A stretch of 64,000 bases of DNA from Candidatus Ratteibacteria bacterium (lineage in GTDB: Bacteria; Ratteibacteria; UBA8468; MWAK01). The translations under genes and the position numbers were made by a program. Of this stretch, positions 1 to 9,404 are shown piece after piece (positions within the stretch are counted from its first letter, which is position 1; the number at the start of each line of letters is the position of its first letter). The stretch covers positions 23,289 through 87,288 of the forward strand of contig JBAZEZ010000005.1 of assembly GCA_041653615.1 (NCBI GenBank), in the 5' to 3' direction. The notes beneath the pieces are model-generated. The model was not told where the DNA came from and did no database searches. It saw only the letters and a program-made list of their open reading frames with translations.

Positions 1-2
1 AA

Positions 3-155
3 GTTGTCAGAAGAGATAACGGCAAGTCGATTGTCGTGAGGATAAATGACCGTGGGCCGTGGATAAAAGGATACATTATCGACCTGTCGCGCGCGGCCGC
101 GGAAAAGTTGGGGTTGGCCGGAACTACGGAAGTGAAAATTCGTCTGGTAGAATAA
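3..155 (+). CDS. C-terminal fragment of an RlpA-like (double-psi beta-barrel) lipoprotein; the 5' end lies outside the window
   Basis: Frame 3 translates to ...VVRINDRGPWIKGYIIDLSRAAAEKLGLAGTTEVKIRLVE* with a stop at 153-155. The 'VNDRGP...IDLS..AA..LG' pattern is typical of the RlpA DPBB C-terminus. Confidence 0.45.
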   Translation, partial: VVRRDNGKSIVVRINDRGPWIKGYIIDLSRAAAEKLGLAGTTEVKIRLVE

Positions 156-188
156 ATCGTTTCGGAAGAACTAACCGGAGGGAAAAAG

Positions 189-959
189 ATGAAAAGATGG
201 ATGTTGATTGTTTGTCTGGGTTTTTTCGCGGTCGGACTTTCCGGCTGTATGGAAATGGAAACCAGGTATCATGTTTATCCGGATGGTTCGGGAAAGATGG
301 CCGGGCTTTTCAGTTTGGATCCGGTGGCGATGATGGGCGCGATGGCCGGTACCTTTAAAATAAAAGCGGCAACCGTTACGGATACTGCCCTGGTTCCTCC
401 GGCGCCGCCCAACCCATCCGCGGAGCTTGAGAAGATGGGTATTTCCGGTATCTCTAAGATTAACACTACCGTTACTGTTTATTATAACGATATTTTGAAA
501 TTCAAGGAATCCGTAAATCAGAAGAAACCGGTGGTCAAGGAACTGGTTTGGGAGAAGAAAGACGACCTCTACCATCTTAAGTTTGTGTCGGATATGGACA
601 AACTAAACGAGCCGTCCGCGTTGCCCGGAAAGGAATCCGGCAAAGAAACCCCGCCGGCAAAGAACAATCCGGCCGACAAAGCGATGATGTTGACTCTGAT
701 GCAGGGCGTAAAATTTTCGTTCATTCTGGTGATGCCCGGCAAAGTGGTTAAGAGTAACGGCAAATCCGAGGGCCGGGAGGTTAGGTGGGAGTTTGCCGGA
801 AATGAGTTGGTGAACGCGAAAGATATTGTGTTTGAAGCTTTTTCGGAAACGTCCTGTCCGGAATTGGACGAGGAGTTCCGGAAGTTTAAGGAAGAATCAT
901 CCGCGGCCAACAAAAAAATGAAAGAAACTTTTGCCTCTTTTGCGCCGGTATCAAATTAG
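189..959 (+). CDS. hypothetical secreted lipoprotein
   Basis: The N-terminus MKRWMLIVCLGFFAVGLSGC carries a lipobox. The single complete 256-aa ORF has no recognisable catalytic motif. Confidence 0.5.
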   Translation: MKRWMLIVCLGFFAVGLSGCMEMETRYHVYPDGSGKMAGLFSLDPVAMMGAMAGTFKIKAATVTDTALVPPAPPNPSAELEKMGISGISKINTTVTVYYNDILKFKESVNQKKPVVKELVWEKKDDLYHLKFVSDMDKLNEPSALPGKESGKETPPAKNNPADKAMMLTLMQGVKFSFILVMPGKVVKSNGKSEGREVRWEFAGNELVNAKDIVFEAFSETSCPELDEEFRKFKEESSAANKKMKETFASFAPVSN

Positions 960-993
960 TACAAACGCAATAAGTAAATTTAAATCAATAAAT

Positions 994-1105
994 TGTAGGG
1001 GCGGGGTTACATCCCCGCCCAAACGTAGGACAGGCGTCCGCCTACGCCAAGGCTTCGGCGGACAAGTCCCGCCTGTTATTTGTAGTTACCGAGCTTGCTC
1101 GGTTC
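994..1105. repeat. GC-rich REP-like composite hairpin element: tgtaGGGGCGGGGttacatCCCCGCCC, further hairpins, then the ACCGAGCttgGCTCGGT palindrome
   Basis: A perfect 9-bp stem GGGGCGGGG/CCCCGCCCC is visible. Related copies occur at 23166-23255 and 41085-41140. The ACCGAGCTTGCTCGG part recurs at 17639-17660. Confidence 0.6.
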
Positions 1106-1132
1106 TGTTAGTGTAAAAACAGGGGGTATGAC

Positions 1133-1708
1133 ATGAAAGTTATTGCTTTTAACGGAAGCGCCCGCAAAAACGGTAACACCGCTATCTTGATAAAGCATGT
1201 TTTTAAGGAGCTGGAAAAAGAAGGGATTGGGACCGAACTCATTCAGTTCGCCGGCCATAAGACGCAGGGGTGTATTGCCTGCGGCAAATGCCGTTCCGCC
1301 AAAAACAAGCGCTGCGCGATAACGGATGATTTGGTAAACGAATGTATCGGAAAGATGCTTGAGTCGGACGGTATTATTCTTGGTTCGCCGACCTATTTCG
1401 CCGATTGTACCATCCAGATAAAAGCGTTGATGGAACGCGCGGGTATGGTTGCCCGGTCTAACGGCGACCTTTTCCGGCGTAAAATCGGCGCTTCGATTGT
1501 GGCTGTCAGGCGGGCCGGAGCAATCCACGCTTTTGATACCATGAACCACTTTTTCACGATAAGCCAAATGATTACCGTTGGGTCTTCTTACTGGAACATC
1601 GGCGTCGGCCGCGAAATCGGCGAGGTGGAAAAAGACGAAGAGGGGTTGTTGACGATGAATACTCTGGGGAAGAACATGGCCTGGCTTATAAAAAAAGTGC
1701 GCGCCTAA
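1133..1708 (+). CDS. iron-sulfur flavoprotein (Isf) / NADPH-dependent FMN reductase family
   Basis: The N-terminus MKVIAFNGSARKNGNT is a flavodoxin-like fold start. The compact cysteine motif CIACGKCRSAKNKRC (CX2CX2CX7C) is characteristic of Isf proteins of anaerobes. Confidence 0.7.
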   Translation: MKVIAFNGSARKNGNTAILIKHVFKELEKEGIGTELIQFAGHKTQGCIACGKCRSAKNKRCAITDDLVNECIGKMLESDGIILGSPTYFADCTIQIKALMERAGMVARSNGDLFRRKIGASIVAVRRAGAIHAFDTMNHFFTISQMITVGSSYWNIGVGREIGEVEKDEEGLLTMNTLGKNMAWLIKKVRA

Positions 1709-1732
1709 AATATCCGGCCGCGTACCGATTTT

Positions 1733-2365
1733 TTATAACTTCTTCGCTTTGTCCGTAATTCTTTTGACAAACCCGGTTTTTCCCTCGGTATATGCTTCGC
1801 GGTCGTTGCGGTACAGTTTTGCCAGCCGGTACTTGAGTTTTTCGTAGCGCCGGACCGTTTCCGGATGCCGGCGCAGATAATCCCGGAACAACAGGCGGTC
1901 CCAGAGCGGATGGCCGGCCGGAGCCATGTGCAGATGGTACCGCAGTTTTTCCGCCCCTTCGACTTCGTATCCTTTCATAAACATCATGTGTCCGGGTGGT
2001 TTTGGTTGATTGGCAACCCAGGTATAACCGTATCCCTGTTTTTTCAGTTCCGGGATTATTTTACGCTTGGCCGTTTTGAACGAGGTTACTTCCACTAAAA
2101 TATCAATTACGGGTTTGGCGGTTGATCCCGGGACAGCCGTACTGCCGAAATGTTTTGTTCGGACGATTAGCCCCGGACCAAACTGTGATTTGAGAAATTT
2201 GGCTTCCGCCCGGTATAACTTTACCCAGGCCGGGTCATACTCCACCACCGCGATTGGGTATTTTTTCCCCAATTCTTTTCGGTCGAAACCAGGGGCAGCC
2301 CCTTTTTTTTCCCGAGGATTTGAATCCATAAATTTATTATATCCCGAATTTTCCCGGAAGTTCAA
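1733..2365 (-). CDS. GrpB family protein (nucleotidyltransferase-like, UPF0157)
   Basis: The core HFGSTAVPGSTAKPVIDILVEV matches the GrpB signature (H.GSTSVPGL.AKP.IDI). Confidence 0.65.
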   Translation of the reverse strand: MNFRENSGYNKFMDSNPREKKGAAPGFDRKELGKKYPIAVVEYDPAWVKLYRAEAKFLKSQFGPGLIVRTKHFGSTAVPGSTAKPVIDILVEVTSFKTAKRKIIPELKKQGYGYTWVANQPKPPGHMMFMKGYEVEGAEKLRYHLHMAPAGHPLWDRLLFRDYLRRHPETVRRYEKLKYRLAKLYRNDREAYTEGKTGFVKRITDKAKKL

Positions 2366-2430
2366 TTAGAAAGGGGTGTTATAATATTATTGTTTACCTC
2401 GAAAGACTTAGCCGGATTCCTAAAACCATC

Positions 2431-3612
2431 ATGCCAAAAAGAAGGTTTATTGTCCATTTGGACATGGATGCTTTTTTCGCCGCCATTGAACAGCGGGATA
2501 ACCCGGATTTACGCGGCCGTCCGGTGGTTATCGGTGCCGACCCGAAGGCCGGTAAAGGCCGGGGTGTGGTATCCACCTGCTCGTACGAAGCCCGAAAATT
2601 CGGCATTCATTCCGCCATGCCTATTTCTACCGCCTACCAAAAATGTCCCCAGGCCGTTTTCTTAGAGCCGGATATGGAAAAATACAGCGGCGTTTCCGAC
2701 CGGATAATGGAAATTTTTTATGCTTTTACCCATGCCGTGGAACCGGTGAGCGTTGACGAGGCGTTTTTAGATATAAGCGACACCTATATTCATTTCGGGA
2801 CCCCGCCGCAAACCTGTTTATTAATCAAATCGCGGATAAAAGAAGTCACGGGATTAACCGCTTCAATCGGTTTGGCTCCGAACAAGCTGGCGGCTAAAAT
2901 CGCTTCCGAAATCAACAAGCCCGACGGCATGGTGGAGGTTACGCCGGAAAACCTGCTTGCTTTTCTGCGGCCCCTGGATTTGAAAAAGATTTGGGGCCTG
3001 GGTGAGAAGAGCCGGCTTATTTTGAATAAGGCAGGGATTAAGACCATCGGAGAACTCGCCGACCGGAACATCCGGGAAATAGTCGCCCTGTTCGGTAAAA
3101 CAGGCGCTTATTTCTGGCAACTGGCCAACGGCATCGATGAACGGGAAGTAGAATCGGGAACCGAAGCCAAGTCAATCAGCAATGAATTTACTTTCGACGA
3201 GGATACTTCGGCTGTTCCGGAAATCAGGGCCGCTTTGCTTTCGCTTTGCGAAAGAGTGTCAAGCCGTTTGCGGCAGGCCGGCTGCAAGGGCAAGACTATC
3301 ACTTTAAAGATAAGGTTTGCCGATTTTGAAACGTTTACCAGGGCGGTCACGATTAAAGAATCGACTAATTCCGTGGACATGCTTTACCGGAAAATCAAGC
3401 TGTTGGCGGATGGTTTTTCAATCAAAAGGAAAAGGGTGCGGCTGGTCGGGGTGAAGGTTTCCGGCCTCCTTCCTTTGGATATCCAGGGGATTCTTTTCAA
3501 ATCAGAGAGTGAGAATCGTTCTGAAAAGTTGTATCAGGCGATAGACGAAATCAGGGAGAAATTCGGCTATGATTCCATCTATCGGTCAAGTACCGGAATC
3601 ACCCGCAAATAA
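2431..3612 (+). CDS. dinB: DNA polymerase IV (Y-family translesion polymerase)
   Basis: The N-terminus MPKRRFIVHLDMDAFFAAIEQRDNPDLRGRPVVIG is a canonical DinB/UmuC start. The 393-aa length fits. Confidence 0.9.
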   Translation: MPKRRFIVHLDMDAFFAAIEQRDNPDLRGRPVVIGADPKAGKGRGVVSTCSYEARKFGIHSAMPISTAYQKCPQAVFLEPDMEKYSGVSDRIMEIFYAFTHAVEPVSVDEAFLDISDTYIHFGTPPQTCLLIKSRIKEVTGLTASIGLAPNKLAAKIASEINKPDGMVEVTPENLLAFLRPLDLKKIWGLGEKSRLILNKAGIKTIGELADRNIREIVALFGKTGAYFWQLANGIDEREVESGTEAKSISNEFTFDEDTSAVPEIRAALLSLCERVSSRLRQAGCKGKTITLKIRFADFETFTRAVTIKESTNSVDMLYRKIKLLADGFSIKRKRVRLVGVKVSGLLPLDIQGILFKSESENRSEKLYQAIDEIREKFGYDSIYRSSTGITRK

Positions 3613-4476
3613 TTTCGATTCGGTAAAAGAGATTATCCATGTCGGGTCAACCGGTTTCCCCTGCAAGTAAACGCCGAAATGAAGGTGCGGTCCGGTAGAC
3701 CAGCCGGTGTTGCCCACTTCGGCAATGACTTCATCCTGTTTTACCGTATCCCCGGCCTGTTTAAAGATTTTGGACAGGTGAAAATAACAACTGACCACTC
3801 CCTGCCCGTGGTCGAGAATCAGAAGGTTGCCGTAGATATTAAAATTGCGCCCGCTTAAAATGACTCTTCCTGAATTCGCGGCCTGAACCGGCGTGCCTTC
3901 CGGAGCATCAAGGTCGATTCCCCAGTGGTAGGAACTGTAGGTTTCCAGGTCGCGTTTGAGGCCAAATTCGGTAGTGATTTCACCCCGGAGCGGTCCATAA
4001 AACGGCTGATTCCAATATTTTTTGGAGTCCCGGTGATTGATAGCGGCCAGGACTTTTTTCTGTTGCTTGGAAATGGATGGTTGCGCTTTTCTCATGTTGC
4101 GGCTGGCCTTACCCAGGAATACCGTTCTTATCTCCCTTGGAGTTACGTTCACTAAGGAAGAATGTTTTTCTTCCGGTTCGGCCGGAGACGTTTTTTCCAC
4201 AACCAGTTCTCTTTCTCCGGCGGTTTTAATGCCCAGGGGCAGCAAGATTTTCCAGACGCCTTTTGAGACCGGAAAAGGTTTATATATTTTATGTTCAAAG
4301 AGAACTTGGTATTTGTTTTCCGGATTTCCTTTAATCTGGAGTAAAAAACCTTCCCCGGCAGTTGGGTTTTCCGGCAATGTTCGGAGGGTAAACGCCTGCA
4401 GTTGAGATACGATTAACTGGCATCCTAAAAATAAGATAAGGGAAGAAAGGTTCCGGCCGAAAGACGGTGGTTTCAT
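3586..4476 (-). CDS. M23 family (LytM-domain) metallopeptidase
   Basis: The C-terminal HWGIDLDA...NTGWSTGPHLHFGVY motifs are M23 signatures. The likely start is MKPPSFGRNLSSLILFLGC at 4476, followed by a signal/TM segment. The longer ORF-track start at 4746 overlaps the upstream gene and is rejected. Confidence 0.75.
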   Translation of the reverse strand: MKPPSFGRNLSSLILFLGCQLIVSQLQAFTLRTLPENPTAGEGFLLQIKGNPENKYQVLFEHKIYKPFPVSKGVWKILLPLGIKTAGERELVVEKTSPAEPEEKHSSLVNVTPREIRTVFLGKASRNMRKAQPSISKQQKKVLAAINHRDSKKYWNQPFYGPLRGEITTEFGLKRDLETYSSYHWGIDLDAPEGTPVQAANSGRVILSGRNFNIYGNLLILDHGQGVVSCYFHLSKIFKQAGDTVKQDEVIAEVGNTGWSTGPHLHFGVYLQGKPVDPTWIISFTESKLFAGDSGT

Positions 4477-4994
4477 ACGGTCGGGCGGTTTGCCTGGTCT
4501 ATCTGGGCGGAGAGGAGATTTTTGACTTCCCGCGGGCGGGAAATGTTTTTCCAGGCGCAGGCCGAGTTTTCGGTGCCGGCGGTTGTGATGAAGATGTCGC
4601 CGCAGCCGGTCAACCGCTGGCTGATGCTGATGATAACCCGGATGTCCTGAATCCGTGAAAGCGGGGTTTCGTAAAGGTCCTTGGCGATTATGCCTTGGTG
4701 CCGGAACAGGCGGCGGTTGGTAAAACCATAGATGGTTTTTTGCCAACGCAGGAGGTGAATCAAGAAGAAGATAACCGCGGCGGATATCAAGACCGCGCCG
4801 ATTGGTTTTACGCGGGCATAGGTGCGGGTGTAATAGGTTAAGACTATGCCGCCAATCAGAAGGATTAGGCTGACGACGGCCGGTTGGAAGAGAAAATAGA
4901 ATTTCTGGGGTCGACCGGCGAAAATGACTTGTTCGCCGGGTTCAAGCATCCCGGCCGGGATTATGCCTGAGTAATCACGGGTTTTTTTATCCAT
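4473..4994 (-). CDS. bacterial PH-domain (DUF304/bPH_2, YdbS/YdbT-like) membrane protein
   Basis: Two TM helices are followed by the ...GIIAKDLYETPLSRIQDIRV motif typical of bPH_2. Its stop overlaps the M23 start by 4 nt, indicating an operon. Confidence 0.5.
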   Translation of the reverse strand: MDKKTRDYSGIIPAGMLEPGEQVIFAGRPQKFYFLFQPAVVSLILLIGGIVLTYYTRTYARVKPIGAVLISAAVIFFLIHLLRWQKTIYGFTNRRLFRHQGIIAKDLYETPLSRIQDIRVIISISQRLTGCGDIFITTAGTENSACAWKNISRPREVKNLLSAQIDQANRPTV

Positions 4995-5076
4995 AAGTTT
5001 TCCGGCAAACTTCCATACCGGAAAAATTATAGCACAACGTAAGGAAAAATACGATTAGCGTGTATTCGGAGTATAG

Positions 5077-5694
5077 TTATCGATAAAAAGATATACCAAG
5101 GAAGAATTTAGTGGAATTCAACGGGATGTTGGGTTCCGCGGTGTTTCCGTTGGAAAGATGATGGAACCGGCAGTTCAGGTCAAGACTCATTGTATCCGAT
5201 ACGAAAAATCGCAATCCGGCTCCGGCCTGATATGTACCGTTGAATTCGCTTCCTAAATCGGGTATATCAAGATTTGTGTAAATCAGCCCGGCCCCCGCGA
5301 AAACATAAGGAACTATTTTTTTGGAACTTGTAAAATTACGGCTTAACAGAAGGTTGAACCCTGCCATTTGAGCATCTTTGGGACTTTGGACAAAAGAAAA
5401 AGGTACTTCAACCAGCAGTTCCGGACGGCCCCGATACCATGATTTCCCGGTTTTTCCGGACAAGAAATAACCGTATCGATACACCAAATCAATCGTTTCC
5501 ACTCGCGTGCGGGTTTTACCCCAGCCGGGATGTGAAGACCCGTATCCGCCCAGAAATCCCCACTCGCTTTTCGCGTTAAGGTAGCTATCCGGCGCGGATT
5601 GAACTTGAGGTTGTTGGGCAAAGAGCGAAAAGGGAAGGAAAAGAAAGAGAAAGAAAAAAACCTGGATTTTGGAAAAGTTAATTTGCCTGCCCAT
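5077..5694 (-). CDS. outer-membrane beta-barrel protein, PagL-like acyloxyacyl hydrolase (lipid A deacylase) family
   Basis: It has a signal peptide and ends in an aromatic-rich beta-strand (GISFYR). The HHLSNG (HxSN) motif resembles the PagL His/Ser active site. Confidence 0.45.
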   Translation of the reverse strand: MGRQINFSKIQVFFFLFLFLPFSLFAQQPQVQSAPDSYLNAKSEWGFLGGYGSSHPGWGKTRTRVETIDLVYRYGYFLSGKTGKSWYRGRPELLVEVPFSFVQSPKDAQMAGFNLLLSRNFTSSKKIVPYVFAGAGLIYTNLDIPDLGSEFNGTYQAGAGLRFFVSDTMSLDLNCRFHHLSNGNTAEPNIPLNSTKFFLGISFYR

Positions 5695-5727
5695 TTTTTT
5701 TAAAAATCCACCGTTTAAGATTTAAAA

Positions 5728-7023
5728 TTATAAAGCCGGATTTTTAAGAATAACCTCGCCGGAATCAATCAAACTTATCATTGCCTCCGTTGCTTTTCTG
5801 CCAAACTGGCGGTCTGTATTTTTCCGGAGTTGTCGCTTGGCCTCTTTCAGGGTCAGCGCGTTTCGGTAAGCGCGCGGGGAGGTCATGGCATCAAAGGCAT
5901 CCGATACGGCCATTATCTGGACCAGGGGAGGTATGGAATCCCCTTTTAAACCATCGGGATAGCCTTTGCCGTCTACTCTTTCGTGGTGGTGTTTTATTAA
6001 GGGGATTCCCGAGGCCAGTCCGTCAAAGGGTAAAATCATTCTTGAGCCGATTACCGGGTGCTGTTTGATAGCATCCCACTCTTCTTTGTTCAATTTGCCC
6101 GGTTTGTTAAGGATGGAATTGTCTACGATAATTTTTCCGATGTCATGGAGAATGCTGAAGTCTGATAAAATCTGAATCTCGGTTTTGGACATCTTTAATT
6201 TTTCCGCCATCTTAATCGCGTATTCTCTTACCCTTTCCGAATGACCCCGGGTATAAGGGTCTTTTTCTTCCAGAGCCACAATAAGGGCTTTCGCGATATC
6301 CAGGTAACTGCGGCCAAGTTGGTAATTCAGCGTATGGGTAGTCAGGAAAGTAGCCAGGAAATTAGAAAAAATGGAAAAAAACTCGATTTCCTCCCGGCTG
6401 AATTTTCTCGGTTTCGGAAAATAAATGCTGCAAACGCCCAACTTGCTTTCCGAAGTAACCAAAGGCGTTGAGAGTAGCGAACCAACGCCTTCTTTTAGCG
6501 CGTATTCCGGCGAGTGGTAGCGGTTATTGATTCGCAGGTCTTCTACGGCGTAAACTTTTTCTTTTTCATAGGCAAGTCCGGCAATGCTTGTGCCGACCGG
6601 CAGAGAGGGTTTTTCGTGTTGGTATTTTTTACTTACGCCGTAATTTGCTTTCAAAATAAGGTTCCCGGACAATTTATCGAAAAGCCGGACATTACAGGCT
6701 TTAGCGTTCATCAGTTTAACTATCTTTTCCAGGGTATAGTTTAACACGCTTTCCGGATTTTGGTGCATATTTTGACAAAGATATTTACAAATATCGTTAA
6801 GCATAAGAAGGAGATTGGAAATCTTAGGATGAACCTTCCGTTTCATTAGCAGCCTCCGCTGGAAATACAAAGGAATTACTGCCGTGCAATCGCGAGATAA
6901 AGTTCTGGTTGTGGATAGCTTACAATTTATAAGGTGCAATTTTTCTGCCATGTTTCTGGTTTCAAGTTTTCGTATTATAAATTGTCTGAAATCTATTGAT
7001 ATATAAAGGGATATGTAAATCAC
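5728..7023 (-). CDS. GAF-domain HD-GYP c-di-GMP phosphodiesterase
   Basis: The C-terminal half contains HDIGK ... HHERVDGKGYPDGL (HD + GYP motifs). The N-terminal half is GAF-like. The exact start is uncertain (MAEKLH... is a possible alternative). Confidence 0.75.
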   Translation of the reverse strand: MIYISLYISIDFRQFIIRKLETRNMAEKLHLINCKLSTTRTLSRDCTAVIPLYFQRRLLMKRKVHPKISNLLLMLNDICKYLCQNMHQNPESVLNYTLEKIVKLMNAKACNVRLFDKLSGNLILKANYGVSKKYQHEKPSLPVGTSIAGLAYEKEKVYAVEDLRINNRYHSPEYALKEGVGSLLSTPLVTSESKLGVCSIYFPKPRKFSREEIEFFSIFSNFLATFLTTHTLNYQLGRSYLDIAKALIVALEEKDPYTRGHSERVREYAIKMAEKLKMSKTEIQILSDFSILHDIGKIIVDNSILNKPGKLNKEEWDAIKQHPVIGSRMILPFDGLASGIPLIKHHHERVDGKGYPDGLKGDSIPPLVQIMAVSDAFDAMTSPRAYRNALTLKEAKRQLRKNTDRQFGRKATEAMISLIDSGEVILKNPAL

Positions 7024-7169
7024 TGTTCACTTTTGTTAAGGCATTTTTTGTTCAAGTATTGGTACAAATTTGTGCAGTATGTACAAATTGGAACGCATGT
7101 TTGATTTTTCTTTGATAACATTTTGACAAAAACAGCGTATTTATGTTCTAATATTGGAAACGTTGCAAT

Positions 7170-7257
7170 ACGGGGAGGTCGTAAAAGCGGCCTGAGAGTT
7201 TCGAGAAACCATCGGATAACCCGCGGAACCTGATCTGGATAATGCCAGCGTAGGGAA
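7170..7257 (+). ncRNA. TPP (THI-box) riboswitch aptamer
   Basis: ACGGGGAGG...GCCTGAGAG...AACCTGATCTGGATAATGCCAGCGTAGGGAA matches the THI-box consensus (CTGAGA; ACCTGATCTGGATAATGCCAGCGTAGGGAA). Confidence 0.85.
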
Positions 7258-7275
7258 AAAAGTTCAGATGTTAAT

Positions 7276-7312
7276 GAGCCCCTATGCGCCTGGTATACGG
7301 GCTTTTTTTATT
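7276..7312 (+). terminator. intrinsic terminator (riboswitch expression platform)
   Basis: GAGCCCCTATGCGCCTGGTATACGGGCTTTTTTATT forms a stem GCCC/GGGC followed by a U-tract. Confidence 0.6.
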
Positions 7313-7319
7313 GGTATAA

Positions 7320-7388
7320 AGCCCGCCTTCGCAAAGCAGACACCTCGTTATCAGGCGGCTTCGCCGCCACAAGGTGTCCCTGCTACGG
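7320..7388 (+). promoter_or_regulatory. conserved structured 5'-leader motif (copy A) directly upstream of the thi4-1 SD
   Basis: AGCCCGCCTTCGCAAAGCAGACACCTCG-ttatca-GGCGGCTTCGCCGCC-acaAGGTGTCCCTGCTACGG. The same architecture (CCUUCGCAA / P1 / GCGGCUUYGCCGC hairpin / P1' / UGCUAYGG / SD) is seen at four other loci. Confidence 0.55.
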
Positions 7389-7438
7389 TTTTACCCGTCG
7401 AAGCTTCAGTGAAGGAGGGCGGGCAAAGGAGGAAACGC

Positions 7439-8245
7439 ATGCAACTGGATGAGATTAAGATTTCTAAGGCTATCATTGAGTCGTTTAACAAAAAACTGGT
7501 AGCCGCGTTGGATGTTGACGTGGCAATTGTCGGGGCGGGTCCGGCCGGCATGGTCTGCGGCTATTATCTGGCTAAAGCTGGAATAAAAGTAGTGCTTTTT
7601 GAAAGAAAACTTTCCGTCGGAGGCGGGATGTGGGGCGGCGGCATAATGTTCAACGAAATCGTGGTTCAAGACGCGGGCAAGAGAATTTTAGATGAATTTG
7701 GTATCAAGAGCACCCGTTACGAAAAGGGCTATTATTTGGCTGATTCCGTCGAGTCGGTTTCAACTCTCTGCTCCAAGGCGGTAAAAGCGGGGTTAAAAAT
7801 TTTCAACCTTATCAGCGTTGAAGATGTAATGGTGCGTGATAAAAGAGTGGCGGGCTTGGTATTAAATTGGACAGCGGTTGAAATGGCTAATCTGCACGTT
7901 GACCCGATTACCATGCGCGCCAAATTCGTGGTAGACGCCACCGGACATCCGGCAGAAGTGGCGCGTATTGTCGAGCGAAAATCCGGTATCCGGCTTAAGA
8001 CAAAAACAGGGAAGACCATGGGTGAACAATCCATGTGGGCACAGGTGGGAGAAGATATAATTGTGAATAATTCCAAAGAAATCTGCCCCGGCCTGTATGC
8101 TTGCGGCATGTGCGCGAACGCGGTATTCGGCGGTCCGCGCATGGGTCCCATCTTCGGCGGAATGCTTCTGGCGGGAGAAAAAGTCGCCAAAGATTTGATT
8201 AAAAGACTTTCAAGTTCAATCGACAAGGCGCGCCGTATCGGGTGA
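7439..8245 (+). CDS. thi4: Thi4-family thiazole synthase (archaeal/anaerobe type)
   Basis: [23 protein letters not shown] is an FAD Rossmann motif. ...[11 protein letters not shown]... and [20 protein letters not shown] are Thi4 signatures. The start is set at the ATG preceded by AAGGAGG (7421-7427); the longer ORF would overlap the riboswitch. Confidence 0.85.
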   Translation: MQLDEIKISKAIIESFNKKLVAALDVDVAIVGAGPAGMVCGYYLAKAGIKVVLFERKLSVGGGMWGGGIMFNEIVVQDAGKRILDEFGIKSTRYEKGYYLADSVESVSTLCSKAVKAGLKIFNLISVEDVMVRDKRVAGLVLNWTAVEMANLHVDPITMRAKFVVDATGHPAEVARIVERKSGIRLKTKTGKTMGEQSMWAQVGEDIIVNNSKEICPGLYACGMCANAVFGGPRMGPIFGGMLLAGEKVAKDLIKRLSSSIDKARRIG

Positions 8246-8961
8246 TGATTAGAAATAGAAAAAGACCCCTGTCCCGGTCGGCGTTTACGCTGATTGAACT
8301 ATTGGTGACGATTGCTATAATCGGAATACTCGCGGCGTTGCTGCTGCCGGTTTTAGGGAGTGCCAGGGAAAGAGCAAAACAGACGGTTTGCGCCAGCAAC
8401 CTCAAACAGATAGGGATGGCGTTTTACATGTATCTGAATGATTACGACGGCTTTTTCCCTTGCGCCGGCGACCCAATAAGCTCAAGCCCCGCTTACTGGT
8501 TATGGATGGGGCGGGGCTGGAAAAGTTTTGTCGCTCCCTACATCGGGAGTTCAGTTTCCGTCCGGAATCCCGGTGTTTTATTCTGTTTTTCAGACCGGAC
8601 CGCGGCCGCGAACTGGGATTCAACCTCTTACGCCTATTCCTTATCTTTTTACCACTCCCCCGAGCAGATTAACACAATGACCGATGCAAGTTATACTTAT
8701 GATGCAGGCAAGATTACCCCGACCATTCCCCAGAAAGAAGGCAGAGTCAGGTATCCCGACAAAAAGGTACTGGTAGGCGAATGGCTTGACAACCACACCG
8801 GCGGAAACAACAACTGGTGGTCCTGGGGCGGGGGGAGGAATTACCTTTTTGTTGACGGGCACGTAGAATTCATCAAAGCGAGTAACATTATACCGGCAAA
8901 CGATAACCTGCCCGATGTTAATCTCACCGTAGACGGTATTGAAGGGAAGGATGTGAATTAA
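8242..8961 (+). CDS. prepilin-type N-terminal cleavage/methylation domain protein with DUF1559 (H-X9-DG) domain
   Basis: [22 protein letters not shown] is a type-IV pilin-like N-terminus. ...[16 protein letters not shown]... and the C-terminal DGHVEF are typical of DUF1559 proteins, which are abundant in Planctomycetes, Verrucomicrobia and Omnitrophota. Confidence 0.75.
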   Translation: MMIRNRKRPLSRSAFTLIELLVTIAIIGILAALLLPVLGSARERAKQTVCASNLKQIGMAFYMYLNDYDGFFPCAGDPISSSPAYWLWMGRGWKSFVAPYIGSSVSVRNPGVLFCFSDRTAAANWDSTSYAYSLSFYHSPEQINTMTDASYTYDAGKITPTIPQKEGRVRYPDKKVLVGEWLDNHTGGNNNWWSWGGGRNYLFVDGHVEFIKASNIIPANDNLPDVNLTVDGIEGKDVN

Positions 8962-8990
8962 GGGTTTTTTTGGTATAATGATGTAAAGAT

Positions 8991-9404
8991 ATGAAACTTT
9001 GCAGCGCGTGTTTATTGGGAATAAGCTGTCGGCACGACGGCAAGAGCAAAACAAACAAGAAAATTATCAAACTTTCCGAAAAAGAGAACTTAATTCCTGT
9101 CTGCCCGGAACAGTTAGGGGGCCTGCCGACACCCAGAAAATCTTCAGAGCAAAAAGGGAGCAAAGTAATCACCGAATCCGGCCGGGATGTTACCGGGAAT
9201 TTCAAGAGAGGCGCGAACGAAGTTTTAAAAGTAGCCAAATTATTCGGCGTTCAAGAAGCAATCTTAAAACAAAACAGCCCTTCCTGCGGCTGTGGAAAAA
9301 TCCTGGACGGTTCTTTTTCGGGTAGAATCATCAAAGGAGATGGAGTTACCGCCGTTTTGCTGAAAAAGAACGGAATTAAGGTTTTGACCGAGGATGGTTT
9401 TTAG
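8991..9404 (+). CDS. DUF523 (TudS-like, Cys-rich) protein
   Basis: MKLCSACLLGISCRHDG...SPSCGCG carries a conserved Cys pattern like DUF523/2-thiouracil desulfidase family proteins. Confidence 0.45.
   Translation: MKLCSACLLGISCRHDGKSKTNKKIIKLSEKENLIPVCPEQLGGLPTPRKSSEQKGSKVITESGRDVTGNFKRGANEVLKVAKLFGVQEAILKQNSPSCGCGKILDGSFSGRIIKGDGVTAVLLKKNGIKVLTEDGF

Noticed and set aside
3586-4746. Long 386-aa version of the M23 peptidase ORF
   Set aside because: The first 90 codons are Pro/Arg/His-rich and overlap the upstream PH-domain gene. An internal ATG at 4476 gives a proper signal peptide and a 4-nt stop/start overlap typical of operons.
7268-7438. Upstream extension of the thi4-1 ORF
   Set aside because: It would run through the TPP-riboswitch terminator and the leader motif. 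The internal ATG at 7439 has a strong AAGGAGG SD.
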